From: a virus
Reading direction: 5' to 3' (one strand)
IMG/VR virus record: IMGVR_UViG_3300001796_000003
Location: 7,577 to 71,576 of that record
DNA length: 64,000 nucleotides
Positions 37,454 through 48,500 of this stretch are shown one piece after another (the first letter of the stretch is position 1; every line of letters starts with the position of its first letter). A model generated the notes under the pieces. That model was not told the origin of the DNA. It did no database searches and was given only the letters and a program-made list of their open reading frames with translations. Both the position numbers and the translations under genes were made by a program.

Positions 37454-39171
37454 TGCTTTATGAAAAGATGAAGAGCAAAGAGATTACGACCGACAAGACG
37501 GAAATCAAAAAGGTCGTTCAAGAGTCATTGAAGGAAATGGCCACCATTGTGGGTTCTACTCTAGGCCCGGGTGGTCGCACTGTTCTCCTTGAGCGCGATA
37601 ATCTTGCTCCACTTGCTACTAAAGACGGCGTAACGGTGGCTAAGGCTATCGGCATGGCTAACGCTCAGAAGTCTGTTATTGTTGAGGCTGCCAAGGAAAT
37701 CTGTCTACGTACTGCCAAGGAAGCTGGTGACGGAACGACGACGGCCATTGTGCTAGCTAATGCACTTGTTCAGAACGCATCTGAATTCCTGCTCACCAAC
37801 CCCAAATACAACCCCCAACGCATGATTAATGAGCTTAATCACCTCTATCAGAGCGAGATTGTTACGTTTTTAAAGAAACACGCTAAGTCGGTCAATTCCC
37901 GGGAGGAATTGATAAATGTCGCAACCATTAGTGCTAATGGGGATACCATTATTGCTACAGCAGCAGTGGACGCGGTTATGGCAGCCGGAGAAGACGGACA
38001 GGTTCTAGTGGAAGAAGCCGATGATTCCGATATTCGAGTTGAGACGATGGAAGGCTGCATTGTCACCTCTGGTCTTAAGGATCTTGGTCCCATCGGCATC
38101 TCGTTTATGAATGATCGTGCGAATCAGCAGGCAAAGATGGACGAGGGACTTGTGTTCTTGTTTGACGGGTCCCTGAACGACCTTAAGGTTCCCTCTGCCA
38201 TTCAGCAGGCGGTTGAGGGTACTAATCTATACGGCAAGCCCATCATCGTATTTGCTCATAGTTTTGCAGATGTCGTTCTCGATAAGCTAGCAAAGACCAC
38301 AAAGGGTGGATACACTGTAGTTCCCATCAAGACGCCTATGGGCGGTGTGGCCAACTCGCGCGTTATGTTCTTGCATGACTTGGCTGCTTATACAAGTGCC
38401 AAAGTCTATGATCCCGCGAACCTTGATGCTGCTATTGAGTCTGGGCTGGAGTTTGGTTCGTTTAAGACGGCAAAGATTAATCTGTATGAAGCTTTCTTGA
38501 CCTCCGATTCAGATCCTGATCTTCTCGAGACGCGTATCGCTGAACTCAAGAGCATTGCAGCTATTGCCCCTAATGATCGTGAGGCTATGTTCGTTAAGGC
38601 TGCTATTTCTAAGCTTACCGGCGGCGTTTCTACTATCTGGGTAGGCGGTGGATCGGAGCTTGAAGCACGCGAGAAGAAGGCTCGTGTTGAGGATGCCGTT
38701 GAAGCCGTTCGTTCTGCTATTGCAGAGGGAATCGTTCCCGGTGGTTGTGGTGTGCATCTTGTTCTTGCTGACATCATTCGTAGACACGAGAAGCGTCTCC
38801 CGTCTTGGGTCATCATGGAGCAGGCTCTATTAGAACCGTTCAAGCTTCTCCTCTCAAACTGTGGCGAAGATTTTAATGATGTGTGGAATGCGATGGGGGG
38901 ATTTGTTACCGGCACAGACGCACCTCCTACTCACATCTTTGATGCAAGCACGCATCAGGTAGTTCAGCCCGAACAGGCAGGAATTATTGAGCCTGCTAAG
39001 GTGTGTCGTGTAAGCATCGGTAATGCGCTCTCTGTTGCTTCAATTCTCAGCACACTCGGCGGTTTGGTTGTGTCCCCTCGAGATGTTGGCCTTGAGCACC
39101 AGCTGGCCCTCTCGAAATCAGCATTCCGGGACATGATGAGCGATTCGACGGGCGCTGTCGGTCAGGAGTAA
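37453..39171 (+). CDS. groEL: phage chaperonin (GroEL family)
   Basis: TLGPGG, TKDGVTVA, AGDGTTTA, ATISANGD, EDAV.AVRSAI.EGIVPGGG-like, GIIEPAKV motifs; 572 aa. Confidence 0.95.
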   Translation: MLYEKMKSKEITTDKTEIKKVVQESLKEMATIVGSTLGPGGRTVLLERDNLAPLATKDGVTVAKAIGMANAQKSVIVEAAKEICLRTAKEAGDGTTTAIVLANALVQNASEFLLTNPKYNPQRMINELNHLYQSEIVTFLKKHAKSVNSREELINVATISANGDTIIATAAVDAVMAAGEDGQVLVEEADDSDIRVETMEGCIVTSGLKDLGPIGISFMNDRANQQAKMDEGLVFLFDGSLNDLKVPSAIQQAVEGTNLYGKPIIVFAHSFADVVLDKLAKTTKGGYTVVPIKTPMGGVANSRVMFLHDLAAYTSAKVYDPANLDAAIESGLEFGSFKTAKINLYEAFLTSDSDPDLLETRIAELKSIAAIAPNDREAMFVKAAISKLTGGVSTIWVGGGSELEAREKKARVEDAVEAVRSAIAEGIVPGGCGVHLVLADIIRRHEKRLPSWVIMEQALLEPFKLLLSNCGEDFNDVWNAMGGFVTGTDAPPTHIFDASTHQVVQPEQAGIIEPAKVCRVSIGNALSVASILSTLGGLVVSPRDVGLEHQLALSKSAFRDMMSDSTGAVGQE

Positions 39172-39173
39172 CC

Positions 39174-39989
39174 ATGGAAAAGTCGACTAAAGTAGGTCTC
39201 ATCAGTATGGGTGTTTTAGTGCTTGTTGCACTTTGCTTTGCGGGATATATCACGCTTCGCGAACAGGCCCATAATGAAGAGATTGTCAAGCTTAAGAACG
39301 AGATCGCCTTACGGGATAAGACCATTGAGGTCCAGCAGGGTGTCTATCAGAAGCTGACAATTCAAAGCCATGATCTAGCTAAGCTCCTCGATACTAAGGA
39401 CGTAGAGCTTACGTCGCTTCGTAAGCAACTTAAGACGCAGGGCTCGGACCTACTTACTGCAAACACCATCATTGCCACTCTCAAGAAGCAACTTGAATCA
39501 AGTGGTAATGTTAAGCCGCCTCAGCCCACAGAGACAGCAACCGTTCGCAAGGTTGAATTCGAGAGCGGTTCAGATTTTGAACCGTTCGCTGTATCTGGAT
39601 ACACGACCGTTAATTGTGAGAAGCCCGAGGAGCGCAGTGCTAAGCTACTCATGAAGCAGGTTGCACCTCTGAAGTTTAGTGTGGTCGTTTCTCAGGACAA
39701 AGATGGTACCTGGCGCACGTCCACGACGTCTTCCTCAGATAAGTTTGACGTCAATATTGGTCTTGCCGCTGTCAATCCTTTTCTTTTAGAAGAGAAGTGG
39801 TATGAGAAGCTCTCGTTCGTACTTGAAGCTGGTGTCGGCACCAACCCTGGTCTTCTAGCTGGCGGTGGTGTGGATGTTGAGATTGGTAAGTTCGACGTTG
39901 GACCTAGAGTGTGGGCGGTTGTTGACAGAGGAGCCTCTGCGTATTTTGGTGCTTCTCTTGCTTGGCATCCGTTTAAGAAGGTGCGCTAA
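39174..39989 (+). CDS. membrane-anchored coiled-coil protein, spanin-like candidate
   Basis: N-terminal TM (VGLISMGVLVLVALCFAGYITL), long coiled coil, C-terminal amphipathic beta strands ending YFGASLAWHPF. Confidence 0.45.
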   Translation: MEKSTKVGLISMGVLVLVALCFAGYITLREQAHNEEIVKLKNEIALRDKTIEVQQGVYQKLTIQSHDLAKLLDTKDVELTSLRKQLKTQGSDLLTANTIIATLKKQLESSGNVKPPQPTETATVRKVEFESGSDFEPFAVSGYTTVNCEKPEERSAKLLMKQVAPLKFSVVVSQDKDGTWRTSTTSSSDKFDVNIGLAAVNPFLLEEKWYEKLSFVLEAGVGTNPGLLAGGGVDVEIGKFDVGPRVWAVVDRGASAYFGASLAWHPFKKVR

Positions 39990-40348
39990 TGGCTAAGTAT
40001 CGTTTCCAGTGCGAGAAGTGTGGTAACACGGTTGAACGATATGTTGATGTCTCTGTGGAAGCACAACCGTGCAAGAAATGTGGGGGTTTAGCTAAGCGAT
40101 TATTTCCAAATCTTGGATCTAAAAAGGTTACGGAAAAGGTAGATCCCTTTCTTAACATTCGTCAAGAGGAAGATCACAAGAAGCAATTGCAGGACCGTAG
40201 ATCTGAGTACTTTTGGAGTACTGAAGTTCCACGTTTTGTTCAAAGTGGTATTTATTCAACGGAAACAATGCTGGCTGAAGGATGGGTCGTTTACAACGAG
40301 AAAGGAGAGATGGTTATAGCAAAAGGACCGCCTCAAAAGAATAAATGA
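39989..40348 (+). CDS. FmdB-like zinc-ribbon protein
   Basis: MAKYRFQCEKCG...PCKKCG. Confidence 0.75.
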   Translation: MAKYRFQCEKCGNTVERYVDVSVEAQPCKKCGGLAKRLFPNLGSKKVTEKVDPFLNIRQEEDHKKQLQDRRSEYFWSTEVPRFVQSGIYSTETMLAEGWVVYNEKGEMVIAKGPPQKNK

Positions 40349-40953
40349 AAACCTGCTCTAAATGTAAACAAGCACAACCTGTCTCGTATTTTTCTAAAAA
40401 GAAAGCTTCATCAAGTGGATATAAGTCCCATTGTAAACAGTGCGATAAACAACTTAGGGAACAAAACAGAGAAAGAGATAAGGAACTCAAACATAAGCAT
40501 TACTTAAATAATAAAGAAAAATACTTAAAAGCCCATCAAACATATAATGCTCTTCATGCAGGTCATATAAAAGAGTGGAAGCGGAATTATAGATCAACTT
40601 ATGAAAAACAACGCTACAATAACGATGTTTCTCACCGATTGAAGTGTGTTTTAAGGTCTAGATTGTATCAAGCTCTTCAAGAAAATCAAAAGACTGGTTC
40701 TGCTGTAAATGATCTTGGTTGCTCTGTTGAAGAACTTAAAAAGCATTTAGAATCATTGTGGAAGCCCGGCATGTCATGGGATAATTGGTCTAAGGATGGT
40801 TGGCATATTGACCACATTAGACCTTTAAACTCTTTTGACCTCTCTAATTCAGAAGAAGTAAAACAAGCTTGCCATTATTCTAATCTTCAGCCTTTGTGGG
40901 CCGAAGAGAACCTTCAAAAGAGCGACAAGCACAATGCGCATAATCTCAGTTGA
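40345..40953 (+). mobile_element. free-standing HNH homing-endonuclease gene
   Basis: N-terminal CxxC..CxxC; WDNW...WHIDHIRPL..F.L.......ACHYSNLQPLWAEENLQK; AT-rich relative to neighbours. Confidence 0.85.
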
Positions 40954-42685
40954 CATCGAAAACTTTTTAAGTATCGAGAAAGCACACATTGACTTTGATG
41001 ACTCTGGATTAGTTTTAATGGAAGGATGGAATCATGACGTCGATAGGGCAAATGGCGCCGGAAAGACGGCAATTCTTAACGCAATCTCATTTGGACTTTA
41101 TGATAAGCTTCCTCGCAAGATTAGTGCTTCCGAAATTGTTAGACGAGGAGCGAAGAAAGGCTCTGTTGTGGTCAAGCTTGTCCATGGAGGCGAAACGTAT
41201 GAAGTGCGACGATCACGACCTAAGGGAGTTACTTTTTCGCGTGATGTCGATGGAACGCCTGAGGTCCTTACGCTGACTCAAGAAGAGTGGGAAGCGAAGC
41301 TTCGTCTTACTTATAACCAGTTCATCACTGCTGTGTATTGCTCACAGGCCAATTCAGGCCAGTCTTCTCGTTTCCTTCTGCTCAACGATGCGGATAAAAA
41401 GCAGTTCTTGCTTCAGTTGTTGAATCTCGACGAATTCAGTGCGTGTAAGAAGAAGTGTGACGAGATCATCTCTTCCAAGCAGGTCACTCTCTCGGATTTG
41501 CAGCACAAGGCTTCAGAGTGCCAGGTAAAGATGGATGCGTACCGTGAATCCATGATTGATGCGGAAGCATCTATGTTGCAGCTTGCCCAGAAAGAGCAGA
41601 CGCTTCAAGCCTTTAAGAAGGCTCTTGCTGATAGCCAGGACGTTATCAAGCCTGACCTTGCTAAGTATCAGCAGCTAGAGAGGGACATTTCTGCTAAAAA
41701 GACCAACTTTGTCAAGTTGCGTACTAAGCGCGATATGCTTAACAGTCAATGGCAGCAACTTGGTCGCAAGATCAAGCCGTTCAACGCGTCTGATTCCTGT
41801 CCTACCTGTGGCTCTGCTGTTGATAATTCTCATGCAGAGTCTATGCACAACGCTGAAGTTGAGCGTATCACTCGAGAGCGTCTCGTGCTCAAACAATCCA
41901 TGGATGAGATCGATACTGCTCTACTCGCTGAAGCCCAGGTCAATCAATTAGACTCTAAGCTTTGCGAACGCAAACAGAAGGAATCTGCTGAGTATGAGCA
42001 AGCCCGTACTAATAGCGTAGAGTTAAATGCTAAAATCTCGACATTAGAATCCCACATCCAGGATTTGAATAAGAAGTTGAAAGATAATGCTCAACTAGTT
42101 AATAAGATCAAGGAGCTCCAAAATCGGCAGGATACACTTAATTACGGGGCTGGGGTCATTGCCGCAGATATCGAGCTTCAGAAGACTGTAAGTGCTATCT
42201 ATTCTCCCACTGGTGCCCAAGCTTATATCCTGGACTCCACTGTTACTCTGTTCAACGAGAAGATGTCTGGATACGTAGAGATGCTTTGGCCCAATCTTAC
42301 ATATGAACTCCAAAGCTATAAGGAGAACGTCAAGGGTGAAGTCACTGCCAAGTTCTCTGAGTCGATCATCATGGACGGGCGGCCTATATCTCTGGGAAGC
42401 CTCTCAGGTGGCGAGTTGAAGGCCCTTTCTATCTGTGCCGATATGGCTCTGTTGGGTGTCTTAGAACAGCAGTTCGGCATCCACGTGTCTCCTATCGTGT
42501 TTGATGAGGCCTTTGATGGTTTGGATGCCTCTGGTAAAGAATTTGCATTAGAATTGATACGGGGCATGTCTGGTGACAGACAGGTTGTGGTCATTGACCA
42601 TGCGTCGGAGATGCGAGCCTCATTCGATCGGATTCTAAAGGTCGAAAAGCGCAATGGTATTTCGACTATAACACCTCAAGTCTGA
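40934..42685 (+). CDS. sbcC: SbcC/Rad50/gp46-like recombination ATPase
   Basis: NGAGKT, CPTCG hook, LSGGE signature, IVFDEAFDGLD, VIDH. Confidence 0.92.
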   Translation: MRIISVDIENFLSIEKAHIDFDDSGLVLMEGWNHDVDRANGAGKTAILNAISFGLYDKLPRKISASEIVRRGAKKGSVVVKLVHGGETYEVRRSRPKGVTFSRDVDGTPEVLTLTQEEWEAKLRLTYNQFITAVYCSQANSGQSSRFLLLNDADKKQFLLQLLNLDEFSACKKKCDEIISSKQVTLSDLQHKASECQVKMDAYRESMIDAEASMLQLAQKEQTLQAFKKALADSQDVIKPDLAKYQQLERDISAKKTNFVKLRTKRDMLNSQWQQLGRKIKPFNASDSCPTCGSAVDNSHAESMHNAEVERITRERLVLKQSMDEIDTALLAEAQVNQLDSKLCERKQKESAEYEQARTNSVELNAKISTLESHIQDLNKKLKDNAQLVNKIKELQNRQDTLNYGAGVIAADIELQKTVSAIYSPTGAQAYILDSTVTLFNEKMSGYVEMLWPNLTYELQSYKENVKGEVTAKFSESIIMDGRPISLGSLSGGELKALSICADMALLGVLEQQFGIHVSPIVFDEAFDGLDASGKEFALELIRGMSGDRQVVVIDHASEMRASFDRILKVEKRNGISTITPQV

Positions 42686-42700
42686 TAAGATTGAGGTACT

Positions 42701-43396
42701 ATGGATGACCTTTACGGCAAGACAGATCAGTTGCTTAAGTCCCTACTTTCTATCAAGACCAAGCCGGGAAAGAACAACTCTCAGGTTCCCGCTGCTGTAA
42801 AGGGCGCCACAATTCCCACTCCGAAGCTTCCATCTCAGCTGCCGGACCTCTCGCTTAAAGCACCGAAGATTCCAAAGCCCACAGAGGCTAAGCTTCCGAA
42901 GTCGGCAAAACAGGCCGAAAAGGAAAATAAGGTGCCTGGTGGCCTGCCTCCCGCTTCTAAAAAGGATCCTCAGAAGGTAGCTGAGCAACTCAAGAATCCT
43001 AACCCTACGAAGCTCACCAATCCTAAGGAAGAGATTTTGAAGTTTGAGAAGAATGGCCAGTGGTCACTTGAAAAGCGAACTTTAGACCCCTCCCATGGCA
43101 TAACATTCATGCATGAGCACCACGATTTGGGTGGAGTCGGCGACCTCACACACATTAAGGCCGTTCATCCTGTTCACGGGGTCGTGGGGGAAACAGTTCT
43201 CGAGCACCAGGCTGATGGTTCTCTTAAGCCCTCGGATGTCCAGGTTACACCCTCTCATCGTCGTATGGGCATTGCCTCTGCAATGTATGCTCACGGTCAA
43301 TCTCTAACTGGCAAGATGATTAAGCCGTCTACGGCTCAAACTGATCTAGGCGCCGCTCTTTGGTCCGGCAATAAGAATAAAACTCAGTTTGGGTAA
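42701..43396 (+). CDS. Pro/Lys-rich leader plus C-terminal GNAT acetyltransferase domain
   Basis: VQVTPSHRRMGIASAMY matches GNAT acetyl-CoA motif A (R/QxxGxA). Confidence 0.65.
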   Translation: MDDLYGKTDQLLKSLLSIKTKPGKNNSQVPAAVKGATIPTPKLPSQLPDLSLKAPKIPKPTEAKLPKSAKQAEKENKVPGGLPPASKKDPQKVAEQLKNPNPTKLTNPKEEILKFEKNGQWSLEKRTLDPSHGITFMHEHHDLGGVGDLTHIKAVHPVHGVVGETVLEHQADGSLKPSDVQVTPSHRRMGIASAMYAHGQSLTGKMIKPSTAQTDLGAALWSGNKNKTQFG

Positions 43397-43405
43397 AATA
43401 GCCGT

Positions 43406-43942
43406 ATGGCTACATCCTATAACCAAAACTCAGCAATTCGCGGTGCGCTCCGTAGGGCGTTCGCCCGATCTCCTTCTGTAGTGGAGAAAATGCAGGAATC
43501 CCGTCGCACGGTTCCTCGGTACCTTAAAGATGGTTCGAGAGCTAAAAAGGACTGGGTCCAGCGTCAATGTGAAGTTTGTGGCAGTTGGGTCGGAAGCACT
43601 AAGATTTCTATTGATCACAAGGATCCGGTTGTCTCTGTGACGGATGGATTCGTAGATTGGAACGAGTTTGTTGCCCGACTCTGGTGCCCCAAATCAAATC
43701 TTCAACGCATCTGTGATGATTGCCACGATGTTAAGACACAAGCAGAACGCATCAGCCGATTGACGCTACAGTATGATCAGGAGCTTGATGATCTAGATGT
43801 TCTAATCAATAAGGGACATATTTCTAACAAGGAAGCACTGGCCGCTCTCAAGAAGTATCTCGCTAAGAAGAAAACTCCCGGATTGAATTCGATAGTACAA
43901 AGGGCCCTGATGATGAAGAATGATTTAACCCAAAAGGAATAA
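43406..43942 (+). CDS. HNH endonuclease (Zn-binding CxxC type)
   Basis: CEVC...IDHKDPV...NLQRICDDCHDVKT. Confidence 0.8.
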   Translation: MATSYNQNSAIRGALRRAFARSPSVVEKMQESRRTVPRYLKDGSRAKKDWVQRQCEVCGSWVGSTKISIDHKDPVVSVTDGFVDWNEFVARLWCPKSNLQRICDDCHDVKTQAERISRLTLQYDQELDDLDVLINKGHISNKEALAALKKYLAKKKTPGLNSIVQRALMMKNDLTQKE

Positions 43943-43943
43943 T

Positions 43944-44228
43944 ATGAGCGAGTCTAAGCTAAGCCAGTCGTTTGTTGATAATGCGGAAAATCTCAATGAG
44001 GATGAAGCCATGGCGCTTCTAGTTGAAGCTGAGCAGAAGCTCCGCCAGATCAAGGAAGAGCGTAATGCAGATGAGAAGCTTACGGCTGCCAAGAATATTG
44101 TGAAGGACTTGAATGCCGGCTACAGCAGCGCTATGAGCTATGAGAAGTCGAAGATTAACTTCTTGCTTGATAAGATTGCTGAGATCCAGGGTGGTGTTAA
44201 TCCCACTTCTGGTCTAAATGATAAGTAA
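43944..44228 (+). CDS. small coiled-coil hypothetical protein
   Basis: 94 aa with AAGGA SD; heptad pattern. Confidence 0.7.
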   Translation: MSESKLSQSFVDNAENLNEDEAMALLVEAEQKLRQIKEERNADEKLTAAKNIVKDLNAGYSSAMSYEKSKINFLLDKIAEIQGGVNPTSGLNDK

Positions 44229-44240
44229 GGAGACGACTAA

Positions 44241-44606
44241 ATGTCACTAAGAGATCAGTATTTTGCAGGATCGACGGGATTAACCCAGAAGTTGAAGGAT
44301 GCACATGATGCGGGTGTGGCACTTGTTGGCACTCAGACTGGCGAAGGACAGTGGGATGCGATCACGGCTGGTCTGCAGACAAACGCAGCAGCGGGGCTCA
44401 AGAAGTTCACCGTAGAAATCCCAACGACTTACCTTCCTGCGGCTCTTCGTGGCAACAAGGGCGACAATCTCATCTTGAAGGCATATTTAAGTGGTATCAC
44501 TGAAGGACTCTCGAGTCAACTTATCTATGATTTTGAGTGTACTCCCACCCTCAATACTTCAGATACGGTTGATACCAGCATTGACCTGAACTTCACGTTC
44601 GCTTAA
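44241..44606 (+). CDS. hypothetical protein
   Basis: 121 aa with AAGGAG SD; followed by a terminator. Confidence 0.75.
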   Translation: MSLRDQYFAGSTGLTQKLKDAHDAGVALVGTQTGEGQWDAITAGLQTNAAAGLKKFTVEIPTTYLPAALRGNKGDNLILKAYLSGITEGLSSQLIYDFECTPTLNTSDTVDTSIDLNFTFA

Positions 44607-44629
44607 TCCGAATCAATATCATCTCGTAG

Positions 44630-44672
44630 AGTCCTCTGCTCACGGTTAAGTGGGCAGAGGATTTTCTTTTTC
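44630..44672 (+). terminator. Rho-independent terminator
   Basis: AGTCCTCTGCTCAC-GGTTAA-GTGGGCAGAGGATT (14 bp incl. G-U) then TTCTTTTT. Confidence 0.85.
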
Positions 44673-44685
44673 TATAAGGATACAT

Positions 44686-45216
44686 ATGACAGTATTTTTT
44701 ACTAGCGATAGCCATTTTGGCCATGCTCGTATAATCGAGTTGAGCGCTCGACCCTTCGCAAATGTGGAGGAGATGAACGAGGCGCTCATCCAGAAGTGGA
44801 ACTCGGTGGTGGGTCCAGAAGATACAGTCTACCATCTCGGTGACTTCTTTATGGGTCCTCCCGAGACCGCACTCTTACGTAAGCGCCTCAATGGCAAGAT
44901 TATCTTGGTGAAGGGTAACCATGATAAGAAGGATGTTGTGCTCAAGAATGCAGGCGTGGATGAAATACACCGCAACCTCTACCTAGAGCTTGATGGCTAT
45001 AAGCTTTATCTGGCACACATTCCGATGCATGAAGACCCTGGCGAGCGCTTCTATCCTGCAGAGTTCAAAAAGCCTCCGACAGAGGAGCACGATTACTTCC
45101 TTTGCGGACACGTTCACGAGAAGTGGAAACGTCGAGGTAAAACAATAAACGTGGGGGTAGATGTTTCTAACTTTACTCCGCTCACTTTGGCTCAACTATT
45201 GGAGCGTGGCGAATGA
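44686..45216 (+). CDS. calcineurin-like metallophosphoesterase
   Basis: FTSDSHFGH, LGDF, GNHD, LAH.P, CGHVH; real start is ATG 44686. Confidence 0.9.
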   Translation: MTVFFTSDSHFGHARIIELSARPFANVEEMNEALIQKWNSVVGPEDTVYHLGDFFMGPPETALLRKRLNGKIILVKGNHDKKDVVLKNAGVDEIHRNLYLELDGYKLYLAHIPMHEDPGERFYPAEFKKPPTEEHDYFLCGHVHEKWKRRGKTINVGVDVSNFTPLTLAQLLERGE

Positions 45217-45569
45217 TGCCTTATAAAATTGAAGTCTTCTACCGAACTGGTGATTCGTTTGGGTCTCGTGACACATCGACTGTTCTAGAGATGGAATGGC
45301 AAAACGTAGAAAATGCAAAGAAAGCCTTGCGGCGTATCAAGGAGCATTACAAGTGGTATAAGTACGAAAACGAATCTCCGTGGAACCGAGACGAAGAAGT
45401 AAGAGAGCCTGATTGGCACAAGGGCGAAAAGACCGACGCCACAGTCAAGCTACTCTTGGATAACGGCAACGAGGTAAAGTTCTACGCCCCATGGTGTGGT
45501 TATTTTGAGAGACTGCAGAGCGCGAAGGTCTTTATCGCCGAAGATCTTGATATGGAATTTTCGTTGTAA
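45213..45569 (+). CDS. hypothetical protein
   Basis: 118 aa overlapping the upstream stop. Confidence 0.7.
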   Translation: MMPYKIEVFYRTGDSFGSRDTSTVLEMEWQNVENAKKALRRIKEHYKWYKYENESPWNRDEEVREPDWHKGEKTDATVKLLLDNGNEVKFYAPWCGYFERLQSAKVFIAEDLDMEFSL

Positions 45570-45581
45570 TAGAGGAGTTTA

Positions 45582-48500
45582 ATGTCCAAGTTTAAGCCTG
45601 TAGTTCAACTGCACAATCACAGTAAATACAGTTTGCTTGATGCCGTACCTAGTCCCCAAGATTGGGTTCGTTGGTGTTTAGAAACTGGTACGCCGGGACT
45701 GGCCGTAACCGATCATGGTACGGCCATTTCCATGTATGATGCCATTCGAACGCCCGATCTCATTAAGAACATCAACAAAGAGAACAAAGACTGGAATAAG
45801 GAGAACCCAAAGAAGAGTCCTCGTCCCGAGTACCCTTTGGATGCGGCGAAATTAATTCCCGGTGTTGAGTTATATGTGAAGCTCAATGCTGAAGACGAAG
45901 GCCATTATCACATTACTGTGTGGGCTTGCTCGAACGAGGGCTACCACAATTTGATGAAGCTCGCGTCGTTGGCCTACAACGATACTGTGAGCTATTATGG
46001 CTCTCTTAAAGCAAGAGTGACCTACGAACAGATCAAGCAATACAAGGCTGGTCTCATGTTCGGGACCGGTTGCATTGTCGGTCCGATCGGTCAGGCCATC
46101 ATGAAGAACAAAGACAAGAAGCTCGCCGAAGAACGGTTCCTAATGTACAAGGAGCTGTTCGGCGACGATCTCTTAATTGAGTTTCACGTCGGTGATATAA
46201 CCCACGACTTTAATAAGAAGACTGGTAGTTTTGACGCGTTCCCTGTCGAAGAGGGACCAGACCAGTGCACATGCGACCACAATAAGCAACGTGGATACAA
46301 CCTCTTCTTAAAGGAGATGGTCGAGAAGCACGGCGGCAAGTGCGTTCCGGTAACCGATGCACACTTTGTCTATCCTGAGGACAAGATCATTCAGGATTGC
46401 TTGTTGAAGAACGGTAACTCGAATGGCTGGTATTTCCATGAGAGCTATCATCAGATCATGGCCGACGAGATGTTCAAAAAACTCCAAGTTCATCTTGGAG
46501 AGGAGTGGATGACCGAAGAACGGTTCTCAGAGTGGATCGACAATACCTACATTCCGCTCGAACGGTCCAAGAGCATCAAGTTCAAGTTCGAGTATCACCT
46601 GCCAAAAATTGATATTCCAGAGCACATCAAGGCTAAGGCTCCCGATAACTATGATCAGCAGACTTATTGGTACCTAATGGAGCGAATTAAGTTCCATGGT
46701 CGCTGGAACAATGACCCCGTTTATGTTCAACGGTTCAAGACTGAAGTAGACGTCATCATGAAGAACGAGAAGCTCAACTTCCTCCCGTACTTCTTGGTGT
46801 ATGAGGACATTGGCACATTTGCGCGCTCAAAGGGTATCTTGCAGAACCTGGCTCGCGGTTCAGCTGGCGGATCGTTGCTTTCGTTTTATTTGAAGATCAT
46901 TCACATCGATCCTATTAAAGCTCACCTTCCATTTGAACGGTTTTTATCTCATGCTCGTATTCGCGCCGGATCGTTTCCCGATATCGATGGTGACTTCGGC
47001 GATCGTGACCGCAGCCTCATCATGAAGTACTTGCAAGATAAGTACAACTTAGGCTTTGCGCAGATTGCAACGTTCCAGAAGATGAAGACAAAAAATGCCA
47101 TTAAAGATGCAATGTATGCTCTATATGGCAAGAAAGGCAATGATCCAGAGGTAATGGCTATCTGTGAAACAATCCCCGATTCACCTCAGGGTGTTGATGA
47201 GCATGACTTCTTGTATGGATACACAGACCAGGAAGGCAACTACAACCACGGGATTGTAGAACTGAACAAGACCTTGGCGAAGTTCTTCCAAATTCACCCT
47301 GAGATCCAGAAGATGGTTGATAAGCTCATCGGTACAGTCCGTGGCTGGGGTCGACACGCGTCGGCATTCGTTATTTCCACGCTAGACTTGTCAGCGGACC
47401 GAGTTCCCACAATGATGCTCGACGACGACCATCTAGGTAAGATTCAAGTTACGCAGTATGATGCAGGCATGGTCGAGAAAAGCGGCCTGGTAAAGGCAGA
47501 TATTCTCGGTCTTTCGACGCTTACTGCTGTCTCCGATTGTATTAAGCTGATGCAAGACAAAGGCATTGACTATCTGCAGGAAGAGAACGGCGTGCCTCTC
47601 ATCTATCGTCTTCCTGAAGATCCGCAGGTCTATGCAGATTTCTATAAGAAAGACACGGACTCGTCTTTCCAGTTCAACACTGATCTCATTAAGGGGATGG
47701 TACAGGAGTTCTGCCCGCTTAATCGGCAGGCCCTAGCCGACTTCACAGCTCTGGCTCGCCCTGGTGCTCTCGACGCACCACTTGGTGACTCGACTGCGGC
47801 TCAGTTTTACATGGACGTGCGAAACGGCGTCAAGAGCCTTACCTATCTGCACGAAGATCTCGAACCGATTCTAAAGGAGACCAATGGTGTCTTCGTGTAC
47901 CAGGAATCCGTCATGCGCTTCCTGGTCGAGATTGCAGGCTATTCTTGGGAGGAATCGGACATCATCCGGTCCGCTATCGCGAAGAAGAAGCAGGAAGTTA
48001 TCATGAATTGTTTCGATAAGATCCGTACTTCTTGCAGATCTCGTGGCTGGGATGATGATGCCATCGAGCAGGTTTGCCAGCAAATTTTGGCATTCTCCCG
48101 CTACTCCTTTAACAGGTCTCACTCGTACGCATACGGAGAGTTGGGCTATATTACGATGTATTTGAAGCACCATCATCCGCTTGAGTGGTGGGCCTCAATG
48201 CTCAACCTAGACCTAGCTGAAGATAAGCTTCGTCGCTATGTTTCCAAGCTTGGTGAAATTGTTCGTCCCCCGTCGCTGAAAAATCCCTCTGACCGCTTTG
48301 TGGTGCGTAACGAAGATCCCTTGGGCTTGGGAAAGGAGTACATCTATGCTCCACTCTCAGTGGTGAAGGGTATCGGACCTAAGGTTGTGCATGAACTCTG
48401 CACAAAGGGCCCGTTCGAGAACCTCGAAGACTTCGTGGCCCGAATTGACCACGCCAAGTGCAATACCGGCGGCATCTCAGCCCTAATTAAAGGTCGGGCC

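Noticed and set aside
39472-39654. Embedded Rz1-like o-spanin ORF
   Set aside because: No signal peptide or lipobox cysteine.
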